A stretch of DNA of 64,000 bases from the human T2T-CHM13v2.0 reference genome, Homo sapiens: the NCBI RefSeq assembly GCF_009914755.1, contig NC_060931.1; one strand, given 5' to 3'. The notes under the pieces were generated by a model. That model made no database searches and was not told where the DNA came from. It saw nothing but the letters and a program-made list of their open reading frames with translations. The translations under genes and the position numbers were made by a program. Positions 28,200 to 39,791 of this stretch are shown here, piece by piece (position 1 is the stretch's first letter; every line of letters starts with the position of its first letter).

Positions 28200-29100
28200 C
28201 CCAATTATTTCAAAAGTGAAAGAGTAAGCAAAAGACAGTTTGGGGACTCACTGGGCCCACTGTGAGATGGACTTAAGCTAAAAGTCCATAGCGGCTTTTC
28301 TTTTTTTTAACTGATGGCTTTTTTTTTTTTTTTTTTTTTGGAAATTGACTCAGTTTCCTGACCTCCATAAGCACCTACACTGAATGTTGGACCATAGTGA
28401 TGTGGGTTTCCAAGAGTTCATGTAATTTGGGAGCCAGAGTCCAGTAATGTCCAAAATTTGATACACATTTGCCCTGGTAAATATCCAAAGGTGTCCAAGT
28501 AAAGCTGTGAGAAAGATTAAAAGTACAATTCTTGGCAGTATATCAGGGTCTTTCTTCAAGGGATCTAAGCTTGTACTTTATTAAACAGGTTCTGGGTATG
28601 TAAGCTCATTCAAGTGTAGGGATTGGTTGAGGGACTGTGACTCATTATTTTGGGAATTCAACTCAATCTCTGCTCACTGGTCCTGGAACTTTTCTGCTCA
28701 TACAGATCAAGTAAAAATGTATTAGTCTGTTCATTTATTTTATATCTAGAGAAACCAGGATCAACTAGCCAAAGCCACTGGTCTCCATGAGCCAGACAAC
28801 TCTGATTACTATGTAAGTTCCTCTGTTTATTATGTAATCATGCCTACCTTTCCCTGACATTGGCAATTAATTTCCTTCACTGAGCCACTGCAGCTTCAAG
28901 TCTCATCATTCCCTTTATATTTACATATATAAATTGGCACAATTTGTATTTTGTAGTGGTGGAAATGCCCCTTGTAATTTCTGACCTACAGTGAATACAT
29001 ACAGTGAATACATAGAGTCCCTCAAGACTGCTGAGACTTCCATCTTAAATATAGTTTTGACAAATGTGGTGAAAGACCTGCCCTCCAACCCTGCTAGGTG
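28200..29100 (-). mobile_element. Ancient ERVL internal fragment (gag/protease region)
   Basis: Collinear with HERV-L-type gag-pro as recalled (ctgacctccataagc, gagccag.gtccagta, ccctggtaaa, ggttctgggt, ttttctgct). The minus-strand peptide KKDPDILP...WIFTR...ILDITG resembles the ERVL protease N-terminus (LLDTG). Confidence 0.65.
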
Positions 29101-29187
29101 GATGAGCAAATCTTTTACAATAAATTATCTGTAATATTCCAAGCTCCCTAAACCTTTGGATATCATGCTCTATGCTCTACCAAATCT

Positions 29188-29390
29188 GTGTATGTAATCT
29201 ATTTCTTTGTAATAATATTACCACAATTTTAGCAGATTAAAACAGCACCTATTTATTATCTCATTGTTTCTATTTGGCAGGAGTCTGCATATAGTTTAGC
29301 TTCATCCTCTGCAAGGCTGTAATCAAGGTATTGGATGGGATTTTGACCTCAACTGCAGCTCCACCAGAGAAAGGTCCACTTTCTTGCTCT
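29188..29390 (-). mobile_element. MLT1D/E-type LTR fragment
   Basis: attaccacaattttagcagattaaaacagcac.tatttattatctca...caggagtc...caaggctgtaatcaaggt. Confidence 0.65.
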
Positions 29391-29777
29391 TGGAGTTCTT
29401 TATACAGATAGTGAACATCATGCTAACTCACCTCATTCTCATTCATTCTTTGGCTTGACAATTTGGGGCTCTTTCCCCTTATAATTGGAATTTCTCCCTT
29501 GGCATTCAGACTTGACCCTGTTGTTTAGACCAGTTTATTCCCATGTTCTTCATAGTCATTTTTTTTCCAGCAAGCCTCTCTTAAATACAATCCTTAGCTT
29601 CAGAAGTTTTGATATTGTATGGAGGATCATTGTAAGAGTGAGTGTGAAATTATATAAACACAAATCAAACTAGTAAAATCAAAATTGAGAACAATTTGCT
29701 AATGAAACTGGAAATATTGGAAACAAACTGGTCTTACAAGGGAAGAATTTGGAGACTTTTAAATAACGTTAGAATTC

Positions 29778-29802
29778 TGTGTGTGTGTGTGTGTGTGTGT
29801 GT
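29778..29802. repeat. (TG)n microsatellite
   Basis: About 12 uninterrupted TG units. Confidence 0.95.
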
Positions 29803-31890
29803 TTACATGTTGCTGATTTTTCAAGTTCATTGGAAAGAAAGAGTGTCTTTGTCCATGACACTTTTGTCTTAATTTCAACATTAAGAAGTGGCCAAGACTA
29901 ATACTTTATAATAATATAATTTTGGTCATTTTTTCAACTCTATCACATCATTATTGGATTTAGGGAATGATTTTGAAGAGTAAATGTTCATTGTGTGCTT
30001 TGTGTGTATACAAAATGTTTTATATTTTATTTTGTTTTATTTTACTCTATTTTAGAAGAAATAACACTGTTTCCATAATTGTTTCAGGTCACAAGCCCAG
30101 AAGTCAAATCATTTGGAGAATACACTGAGCATCTTTTATTTTTCCTTTTTTTTTGTTTTTTTGTTTTGTTTTGTTTTTTTGGTTTAACTAGGCCATTCCA
30201 ACTTTCTCATTTAGACTGGGTATACCCATCATTAGATGGGTATGCATGTTCTGGGTGTTTCATAATTGTCATTTCCTCTAGTCTTGCATTATCTGGTTCT
30301 CAATTCTGATATTTTGCTGCAATAAATCCACTAGGATAGTCAGAGAAATTTCGAGCCACCCAAAGAATCCATGGAGTTCTTAAGCAATGCACACGATTAT
30401 TCTTATGATACGGTCATTTCACCTGTCCTCAGCATGCCATACCTATACATATCATCCTATTCTGCTTTCAGCTAATAGGTGGGTCTTAGGAATGGGAGGA
30501 ATGGGCAGGGTAATTCATGCTGCCATACTCGGGATGTTGTTTCTCCACATTTGCACAGTCGTTACTCAGATTTTATTCATTGACTGCTAACCTCACTATG
30601 CCTTTCACTTCTCTGTAGCAATTTTCTTTGAAGATATTGCTTCTTTGTTCTGTCAGTCTCTTTGTCTCTCTCACCTTCTCTCATTTTAGACCTCATTACA
30701 AGAGGCATAATATATGTTTTTCATACAATATTTTGTTATCGATATTTCACCTGAGATGGCTTCAGTGTGATTCTTTAAACTAACTACCTCACCTCCACCA
30801 GGATTTTATTTTGAAGAGTGAGGAGAAAGAAGAATAATAAAGGACAGAACTTTTTCAATCACTTACTAAGTTCTAAGCAGTGTAATACGTATTTGAAATA
30901 TACGAAGTAAGAGTCCTATTAGTTCAAATACAACAAGTTTTTGTTAAATTGTGCCAATTTGTATTTGTTGAATAGCAGAGATTCCATCCTTCCTTTAGTG
31001 GACTGTTTCTTGCTTCTCTAGGGAAAAGGAAGGCAGGGCAATCAACCCTGTGGTTACTGGGACTAGAGTCTGCCATTCTGCATGAATGTCAAAGCTTCTC
31101 ATAACCTGGGACGGATGGGTGTGCTACTCTACAAAGAAGAGCTGATGCTTTCCCTACTCATTTTGGATCTAGCCCAAAAATGTTACAATGAAGGAGAATA
31201 TGATTCCCAAGCACATGCAGGCTTTTTCAACCCAAACTAATGCTGAAATATAATTGATATGTATACAGTTATTTTACTCACTATTCAAGTAGATATCACA
31301 GACACATACTCTTTGAATACTGGGAAACATGAAATCGAGATTATAATTTATTTGTTTCTTGTATACTGTGGGGTGGGATGGGGTGGGAGTGCCAAAGTAA
31401 TTATTCAGATTTTGGCTTGATGGAGAGGGTATCCAATGTCAGCCTTCCTCTATCGTCCCTTATTTTCTTCAGTTCTTTTATTTGTCATTTTCAAAAAACC
31501 CTGTGTAAAATCCTATTACTTCTCGCTGCTAGGAAATACTACTTTTCCCACACTCACAGTTACCTTCCTTGGCTTGCAACCTCTTAAAAAATAGGATGTG
31601 TAGAGAACTTAATCATATTTTTTAACTCCATTTGGTAGCGAAGTGAGTCCTGAATTCATGACTGGAAGGAAGATAATTGTTTCATGCAAGTTGTTTACTC
31701 TCATTGTTTTCTATGCTATTCCACTGAATAAATATATCATGCTTCACTTATGAATTTCATTCTCAAAAGATATTTGATTTCTTTTTCTAGTTTGGGGTTA
31801 TTATAAATATTGTCCTGTGAAAGTTTTTTTGTACATGTCTTTGAGTAAATATATTTGCACATTATTCTTGAGTGGGGCTGAAAACGGAGG

Positions 31891-32215
31891 TTTGTTTTTT
31901 TGTTTTTTTTTTTGTTTTTTTTTTGGTTTTTGTTTTTGTTTTGTTTTGTTTTTTTTGGAGTCTTGCTGTGTCGCCCAGGCTGGAGTGCAGTGGCACAATC
32001 TGGGCTCACTGCAACCTACGCCTCCTGGGTTCAAGCTATTCTTCAGAGTATCGGTACAGGTATGTGCCACCAGACCTGGCCAATTATTGGTATTTTTAGT
32101 AGAGACAGGGTTTCACTGTGTTAGCCAGGATGGTCTTGATTTCCTGACCTCATGATCCACTTGCTTCGGCCTCCCAACGTGCTGGGATTACAGGCCTGAG
32201 CCACTGTGCCTGGCC
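31891..32215 (-). mobile_element. AluSc-like element with an expanded T/G tail and an internal replacement
   Basis: Antisense Alu with gttagccaggatggtc...cctgacctcatgatcc. About 30 bp of the right arm is replaced by tcagagtatcgg. It sits within a degraded L1M remnant (~31640-32340). Confidence 0.9.
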
Positions 32216-32414
32216 TTCAGGTTCTTCATGTATGTTCATTAGCACACATTGATAAAAGCATTATAAAATACTGCTTCCCCAGCTACAGACTATTAAAGTT
32301 CACATTGCTCTACATCCTTACCAATACTTGTTTTTATTGTGTGTTTTGTTTTCATTTTTGAAGACACTGAGTGAGATAGCTGTGCAGAATAATATTTTTA
32401 TCATGCTCACTTTT

Positions 32415-32870
32415 TCCATTTAAATTTATTTTTAATTGACAAATTATTTATATTTATGGCATACAACATGATGTTTTGATATATGTATACGTTTTGAAGT
32501 GATTAAATCAAGCTTATTAACAAATCCATCACCTCACATACTTATTGTCTTTTTACTGAGAACATTTAAAATCTAGTCTTTCAGCTATTTGCAAGTATAC
32601 TACACATTATTATTAACTATAGTAACCATGCTGTACAGCATATATCCAGAGGTTATTTATCCTGTCTAACTGAAACTTTATGCACTTTCACCAATTGCTC
32701 CCCTTTGCTCCCATCCCCTTCACCTAACCTTTGGTTATCACCATTTTACTCTCTGCTTCTATTAATTCGTTTTATAATATATCCCACATACATGTGAGAT
32801 CATGCAGTATTTGTTTTTCTTTGCCTGGCTTATTTCACTAAGCATAATGTCCAGGAGGTTCATCCTTGTT
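32415..32870 (-). mobile_element. L1MA 3' end
   Basis: ttttaattgacaaat...catacaacatgatgttttga...aaatcaagc...catcacctcacatactta...tgagatcatgcagtatttg. Confidence 0.82.
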
Positions 32871-33018
32871 TTTGCCTTCTCATGACAACTTTCAATTTTG
32901 AGCATCTTTGTTTATTGGTCATTATATTTTCTCTTTCATAAAGTTCATGTTTACACCTTTTGTATATCTGTCCTTTGAGTTATATTTTGCTATCTTTTTA
33001 AAAAGTAGGAGGTCTTTT

Positions 33019-33321
33019 TCTTTGTCTTTCTCTCTTTTCTTATTTTTTTCCTTTCTTATTTATTTATTTATTTATTTGATAATGTCTTGCTCTGTCACTG
33101 AGGCTGGGGTCCAGTGCAACCTTGCCCTCCTGGGCTGAAACAATCCTCCTCCCTCAGCTTCTTGAGTAGCTGGAACTATAGGCTCACACCAGAATGCCCA
33201 GCAAATTTTTCATTTTTTTTGTAGAGACAGAGTCTTGCCATGTTTCCCAGGCTGGTCTTGAACTCACAGGCTCAAGTGATATTCCCATATGGATTTACAG
33301 GTGTAAGCCACTGTGCTGAGC
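33019..33321 (-). mobile_element. AluJ, diverged, with internal deletions
   Basis: tttttgtagagacagagtcttgccatgtttcccaggctggtcttgaactcacaggctcaagtgat (AluJ-type). Likely TSD aggtcttt. Confidence 0.85.
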
Positions 33322-34878
33322 ATAGGTCTTTGTAGGTTCTGGTTAAGTAATGAGTCTGTGTTTTCTGTGTCCCACATAACTCGTATACTCTTCTATACTT
33401 TTATAAAATTTGCCTTCTATTATTCAGTCTAGCTAGGTTTTCTTTGCCAAATCTCTAATTGTGTCTTCTACCATTTTCCATCAACTGTTAAACTCCAATA
33501 TTGAAATCCTATTAGTTATTGTAAATTTTACTTCTCTTCTTCTCATTTTTATAGAATCTAGATCACTGATAGAATTTTCCATTGTGCTATATATAGTTAT
33601 AATCTTTTATGTATTTGAACATGTTAATAATAGATATTTTAAATTTCTTGTCTACTAATTAAATATCTGGATCAAAACTGAACATGTTTTCTTTGTGGTA
33701 TTCTTTCTTGATTTTAAATCATACAGTCCTATTTTTGTCATGGCTGTACATTTTACCTGCATTAATTTTTAAATGAATACTAGATAATAAAAAATGCTGG
33801 CAGAAATGAAGGCACCACTGTATCTGCTAGCACTCTACTGCAGCTATTGCATCTCAGCCCCCACAGTGCAGTGGACTCCAAACCTACCAAAGCCAGAGAA
33901 CATAGTTAGGGCTCAATACAAGTCCCCCAGATTTACAGCATGCAGTTCAGGAGTTGGGATCCAAGCGCTGGACACCTAAAATCTCCCAGAAACAAAGCCA
34001 GATGGCTGAATCCACCTTATACCACAACAAAACACTGAAGGCATCAAGTAGAATAAATGAAAATAAAAAACCACCCAGAGGTCAGCAACCTCAAAGACTG
34101 AAATTATCTAATTCGAAAAAGAAATAGAAATCAGAATAGTTATAGGAAAGAAGATCGTTGAGTTTCAGGAGTCTGTTGAAACCCAATGCAAGGTGGCTAA
34201 AAATGATAATAAAACAATGCAGGTATGACAGACAAAATAGCCAGTAGAGAAAAATAACATAACTGACCTAATAGAACTGAAAAACACACTACAAAAATTT
34301 TATAATGCAATCACAAGTATTAATAGCAGAGAGTACAAGCAGAGGAAACAATCTCAGAGGTAGAAGACTGGCTTTCTGAAATTTGACAAGAAGACAAGAA
34401 TAGAGAAAAAAATTAAAAAGGAATGAGCAAAACCTCAGCGAAATATGGAATTATGTGAAGAGACTGAATATGTGGTTGATTAGTGTCCTGAAAGAGAGGG
34501 AGAGAATGGAACCAACTTGGAAAACATTGATGGATATCATCCATGAGAACTTCCCCAGCCTAGCTACAGAGATCAATATTCAAATTCAGAAAATGCAGAG
34601 AACACCAGTAAGATCTTCACCAGAAGATCATACCCAAGACAATTAGTCTTCAGTTTATCCAAGGCTGAAATGAAAGAAAAAATGTTAAAGGCAGCTAGAG
34701 AGAAAGGCCAGGTCACCTACAAAGGGAAGCCCAGCAGACTGACAGTGGACCCCTCAGCTGAAAACCTACAAGCCAGAAGAGATTAGGGGTCAATATTCAA
34801 CATTCTTAAAGAAAATAAATTCCAAACCAGAATTTCACATCTAGCCAAACTAAGCTTCATTTGTGAAAGAGAAATAAG

Positions 34879-35202
34879 GGCCTGGTTCAGTGGCTCATGC
34901 CTGTAATCCCAGCACTTTGGTAGGTCAAGGCAGGTGGATCACTTGAGGTCAGGAGTTTGAGGCCTGCCTGGCCAACATGGTGAAATCCCACCTCTACTAA
35001 AAATACAAAAATGAGCTGAGCATGGTGGCAGGAGTCTGTTATCCCAGCTACTCAGGAGGCTGAGCAGGAGAATTGCTTGAACCCGGGAGATGGAGGTTGC
35101 ACTGAGCTGAGATCATGCCACTGTACTCTAGCCTGGGTGACAGAGAGAGACTCTGTTAAAACAAACAAACAAACAAAAAACCAGAACAAAAGAAAAAAGA
35201 AA
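34879..35202 (+). mobile_element. AluSz/Sx inserted in L1 ORF1
   Basis: Full dimer with ggatcacttgaggtcaggag. TSD gaaagagaaat(a/t)ag (34865-34878 / 35203-35216). Confidence 0.93.
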
Positions 35203-36459
35203 GAAAGAGAAATTAGAAATTTTTCAGAAAAGCAAATACTGAGGGGATTTGTTACCACCAGACCTGCCTTACAAGAGCTCCTGAGGGAAGCACTAAATAT
35301 GGAAAGGAATGACTATTACCAGCCACTACAAAAACACATTACAGTACAAAAGCCTGTGACAGTATATAGCAACCACATAAACAAGTCTGCAAAATAAGCA
35401 TCTAGCATCATGATGACAAAATCAAATCCACACGTATTAATACTAACTTTAAATGTAAATGAGCTAAGTGCCCAAATTAAAAGGCCCAGAGTGGCAAGCT
35501 GGATAAAAAACTAAGGCTCATTGGTATGCTGTCTTCGAGAGAACTATCTCACATGCAATGATACACATAGGCTCAAAATAAAGGAATGCAGGAAAATCTA
35601 CCAAACAAATGAAAGACAGTAAAAAGCAGGGGTTGCAATTCTGTTCCTGATAAGACAGATTTTAAGCCAACAAATATCAAAAAAGGCAAAGAAGGGCATT
35701 ACATCATGGTAAAGTGTTAAATTCAAAAAGAAGATCTAACTATCCTAAATATATATGCACTCAACACAGGAGCACCCAGATTCATAAAGCAAGTTCTTAG
35801 AGTCCTTCAAAGAGACTTCATCTCCCACACTATAATAGTAGGAGGCTTTAACACACCACTGACTGTATTAGATAATTGAGAGAGCAATTTAAAAAAGATA
35901 TTCAGGAACTGAACTCAGCTCTGAATCAAATGGACCAGATTGATATATACAGAACTCACAACCTCTAAAAAATAGAATATACATTCTTCTCATCGCCATG
36001 TGGTGCATACTCTAAAATTGTTTTAGAAGTAAAATACTCCTCAGCAAATGCAAAAGAACTGAAATTCTCACCAATAATCCCTAGGACCACAGCACAATCA
36101 AATTAGAAATCAAGAGTAAGAATTTCACCCAAAACCTTGGAATTACATGGAAATTGAATAACCTCCACCTGAATGACTTTTAGGTAAATAATGAAATTAC
36201 TAATCAAGAAGAAAGGAGAGAATATCCAAATAAACGTGATCAAAAATGAAAAGGGAAATATTACCATTGACCCTACAGAAATACAAACAACCATCACAGA
36301 ATATTATGAACACGTCTATGCACATAAAATAGAAAAATCTAGAAGAAATTGGTAAATTCCTGGACACATAGGCCCTCTGAAGACTGAACCAAGAAGAACT
36401 TGAATCCCCACATAGTCCAATAATGAGCTCTAATATTGAGGCAGTGATAAATAGCCTAC

Positions 36460-36823
36460 TGTATTAGTCCATTTTCACACTACTATAAAGAACTTCCTGA
36501 GACTGGGTAATTTATAAAGAAAGAAGGTTTAAATGACTCACACTTCTGCATGGCTGGGGAGTCCTCAGGAAACTTACAGTCAAGGTGGAAATCATAATGA
36601 AAGCAAAATATGTCTTAAATGGTGGCAGAAGAAAGTGTGAGAGAGGAAGCCCCAAACACTTTTAAATCATCAGTTCTCATCAGAACTCCCTCAGGATCAT
36701 GAGAACAGCATAGGGGAAACCACCTCCATGATCCTATCACCTCCCACTAGGTCCCTCCCTCAACACATGGGGATTACAATTTGAGATGAGATTTGGGTAG
36801 GGACACAGAACCAAACCATATCA
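36460..36823 (-). mobile_element. THE1D-like solo LTR inserted in L1 ORF2
   Basis: tgtattagtcc...aaaccatatca with a perfect 5-bp TSD cctac. The L1 sequence resumes on the other side. Confidence 0.92.
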
Positions 36824-38488
36824 CCTACCAAACACAAAAAGCCCAGGATGGATTCACAGCTGAATTCTACCAGATGTATAAAACTGAGCTGGTACCATTT
36901 CTACTGAAACTATTCCAAAAAATTGAGGAGGAGGGACTTCTCCCTAAATCATTCTATGAGGCCAGGATCATCCTCATACAAAAACCTGGCAGAAATTCAA
37001 GAGGTTTATTGGAACTCTAATCAGAGTATTACACATGATATCAAATCAGTAATTGATATCACACTCTCACTTCTCCACTTGCCATTTCAGACTTTTCTCA
37101 CCCTTAGCCACATTTCAGCTGGTACAAAGTGCCTACCTCATGGAGTATCCAGAAATCTATAAGAGATTCTGAGTTTTCATCACCTCATTAAGAGATATCA
37201 CACGAAGGGATGTGATCATATACTTAGGGCTGCTTGATGTTGACCATATATTCTACTTTATATATCAGAAAAGAAAACACTACTTCACCCACCAAGACAC
37301 TTACTTCCAGAGTTTCACCTATAGCCCATGATTAACAATGATATCAAACAGAATAGGTTGCACTTGGTTAATGCAATCAATAGCAATATCAAACCATGAC
37401 AAACTGGTATTTTATTTGCAACAAGTTTGAGACAGTTTTTCTTCCCAACACAATATCAGCTGTGGTAAGACACTGAAGAACACAAAGGATGCTTTGATCA
37501 GTTTAGAAATATAACACTTTTACATCAGGTGAGAGATAAGGAGAAATTTCAAGGCTAATATAAACAACAAGCATCTATCAGATAACAATTCTGAAGCTTA
37601 ACCTGCTGATAATTTCAAAGTGATCAAACCTGTTTGCACTTTGTAACAGGACTTGAAAGCTGTTTCATAGATTTGAGCTCATGCTGAAACATTGTAAAAT
37701 CTTACTAACATATATAGTAATCACTGTTTTTTTCTCTTTTATATTTGTTGCTATTTGTATTGTAAATAAAATGAGAAGTTATACTATGACTACTGTGTTA
37801 TGAGTGTAACCTCACTTAACCCCTCTGGGTTTTGTTTGTATCGTATCATAAAGATGTGTTACCTGTTTGCTATTTAAATAAGCAGAGATAAAAATCCCTC
37901 TCTGATAATAAGACCTGGCATAACATAGAGAAAAACATTGAAGTGGAGTGTTTTCTAAAGCACAGCTAAGGTTAGTTTGGGTTTTAAAGGCATCCTATTG
38001 CTGCAGTCTCCTTGGAAAAGCCGCCCCATTGAAAAGCAACATATGGTCTTTCAATATGTCCAATACAAAGGATTTCCTTCCATCATTGAGACAGATTGTA
38101 ACTTTGCTGAACACCAGAAAGGCAGTTAGCTGAAGTTTCAAACCCATGCCTTAAGAAAACCATATTTAAATATTTATTTAAATAATCACCCTCAGTGTTT
38201 TGCCAAGTCCCCACTTAGAAGAAGCTTGCAGAGACTAAAACCTGCTGAAGAAACAGTACACTCACTTCTTCCATCTCACGCTTACTCTGGGACATATGCT
38301 CATTTATTGGAATTATAAGAAGAATAGCATTTGGTATTTAAAAATGTTCTCTATCTCTTTCTTTTCCCTCTTGCATGTTATTAAAGTATACATATAATAT
38401 TTTTCCAAAGTGATGTCAATATTCATCTTGGGCTTTGGGCAATTTTTATTTGGAAGATGGTTTTAATGCCTGGAAGTTACATATACAC

Positions 38489-38685
38489 CAATAGTTCTCA
38501 ACTCTGTGAATATATGAGAGTATACATGGGGAGCTAGAAGAAATTTCTGACGTTCATATTCTACCCCAGTTTTTCTACAGTGAGTATACCCCGTTTTCCT
38601 AGGGTGCCTCTCTGCTCTCAATCACTTTTTATTTTTTATATCTATATATTTTATTCTAAAGGGCAGGCAGGATTGAGAACCATTG
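38489..38685. mobile_element. MER5A/B-like hAT-Charlie MITE
   Basis: TIRs caatagttctcaa / ttgagaaccattg about 200 bp apart. Confidence 0.65.
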
Positions 38686-39229
38686 TTGTATTTAAATCTG
38701 TACTAGGCAGTGTGAGAGAGGAACAGATTTTGGATTGACCCTACTTTACCTAAATATTTAAATCTAGACCTGTTGCTGGGCAGAGGGCTATCAAATTCTG
38801 TTATTTCAAGGATTATTTTTGGCCTTCAATTAAAAAGTATCTAGGTTTAATTTCCTCTCAAAATTAATGCTTTTCTGTCTTTGGGAAGTAATCTCACTTA
38901 ATACTTATGCACTAGATTACCAGAAGAAATATTCATTCTTATTCTCACACTATGGGGAAATCTCAAAAGGGGCTTTCATTATTCCATACTTCTCCTTAAA
39001 CTTCCTCCCAAAACACATCAGAATTCCTTTTGGTAGCCCCTATATCTTTATTAGCGTGTGATATTGACTTTCAAACACAAAATGATGACGTTCTGGATAA
39101 TGGAGTAATAAGTGTGCCCTGCACCACATTATTTTCACTTCCAATATCCTTGTAATGTAAGCAGCATCTTGTCATGGGAAGAGGTTGCTAGTCATGATGA
39201 GAAAAGAGTGAGAGAGCTGCTGATTTTAT

Positions 39230-39791
39230 TAATCATATATTTATATAATATATATTTGGATATATATTATAATTTAAATATATTATAAATATACATTATA
39301 TATGTATGTATGTATGTAAGAAATTGATTCACTTGATTACAGAGGCTAAGTCTCAAGGCCTGCAGTTGGCAAGCTGTAGACCTAGAAGAGCCAACAGTGT
39401 AGTTTGAGTTTGAGTTCAAAGCCTGAGAACCAGAAGAGCTGATGGTATGGTTCCAGTCTGAAGGCTAGGAGGCTCAAGACACAGGATGAGCCAATAGTTT
39501 GGTTCAAGTCTGAAGGCAGGTAAAAAACAATGTCCTGCTCAAGGTTGTCACGCAGGAGGGGAGTTTCTTCCTATTTGAGGAAGGATCAGCCTTTTCTGTT
39601 TTATACAGGTCATCAACTGATTGAATGAGGCCCAAACACATTAAGGAGGGCAATCTGCTTTAGTCAGTCTACCAATGAAAGTGTTAATCTCATTCAGGCA
39701 CACCCTCACAGATACACTCAGAATAATGTGTGTCCAAATGTCTGGGCATCTCATTGTTGGGTCAAGTTCACTCACAAAATTAACTACCACA
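39230..39791 (-). mobile_element. MLT2B ERVL LTR, partial, with internal (TA)n
   Basis: gagggcaatctgcttta.tcagtctac...caccctcacagatacac.cagaataatg...caaaattaactaccaca. The TA-rich tract at 39235-39315 is in the usual MLT2 position. Confidence 0.85.

Larger units (their letters stand above)
33795..36997 (+). mobile_element. L1PA13-16-like LINE-1 5' half (5' region, ORF1, start of ORF2), interrupted by an Alu and a THE1 LTR; 3' half absent
   Basis: ORF1 text (aaggcagctagagagaaaggccaggtcacctacaaagggaagccc) and ORF2 EN text (ctaactatcctaaatatatatgcac; DGFTAEFYQ in ORF 36793-37020). Ends abruptly at aaacctggcagaaat. Confidence 0.9.
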
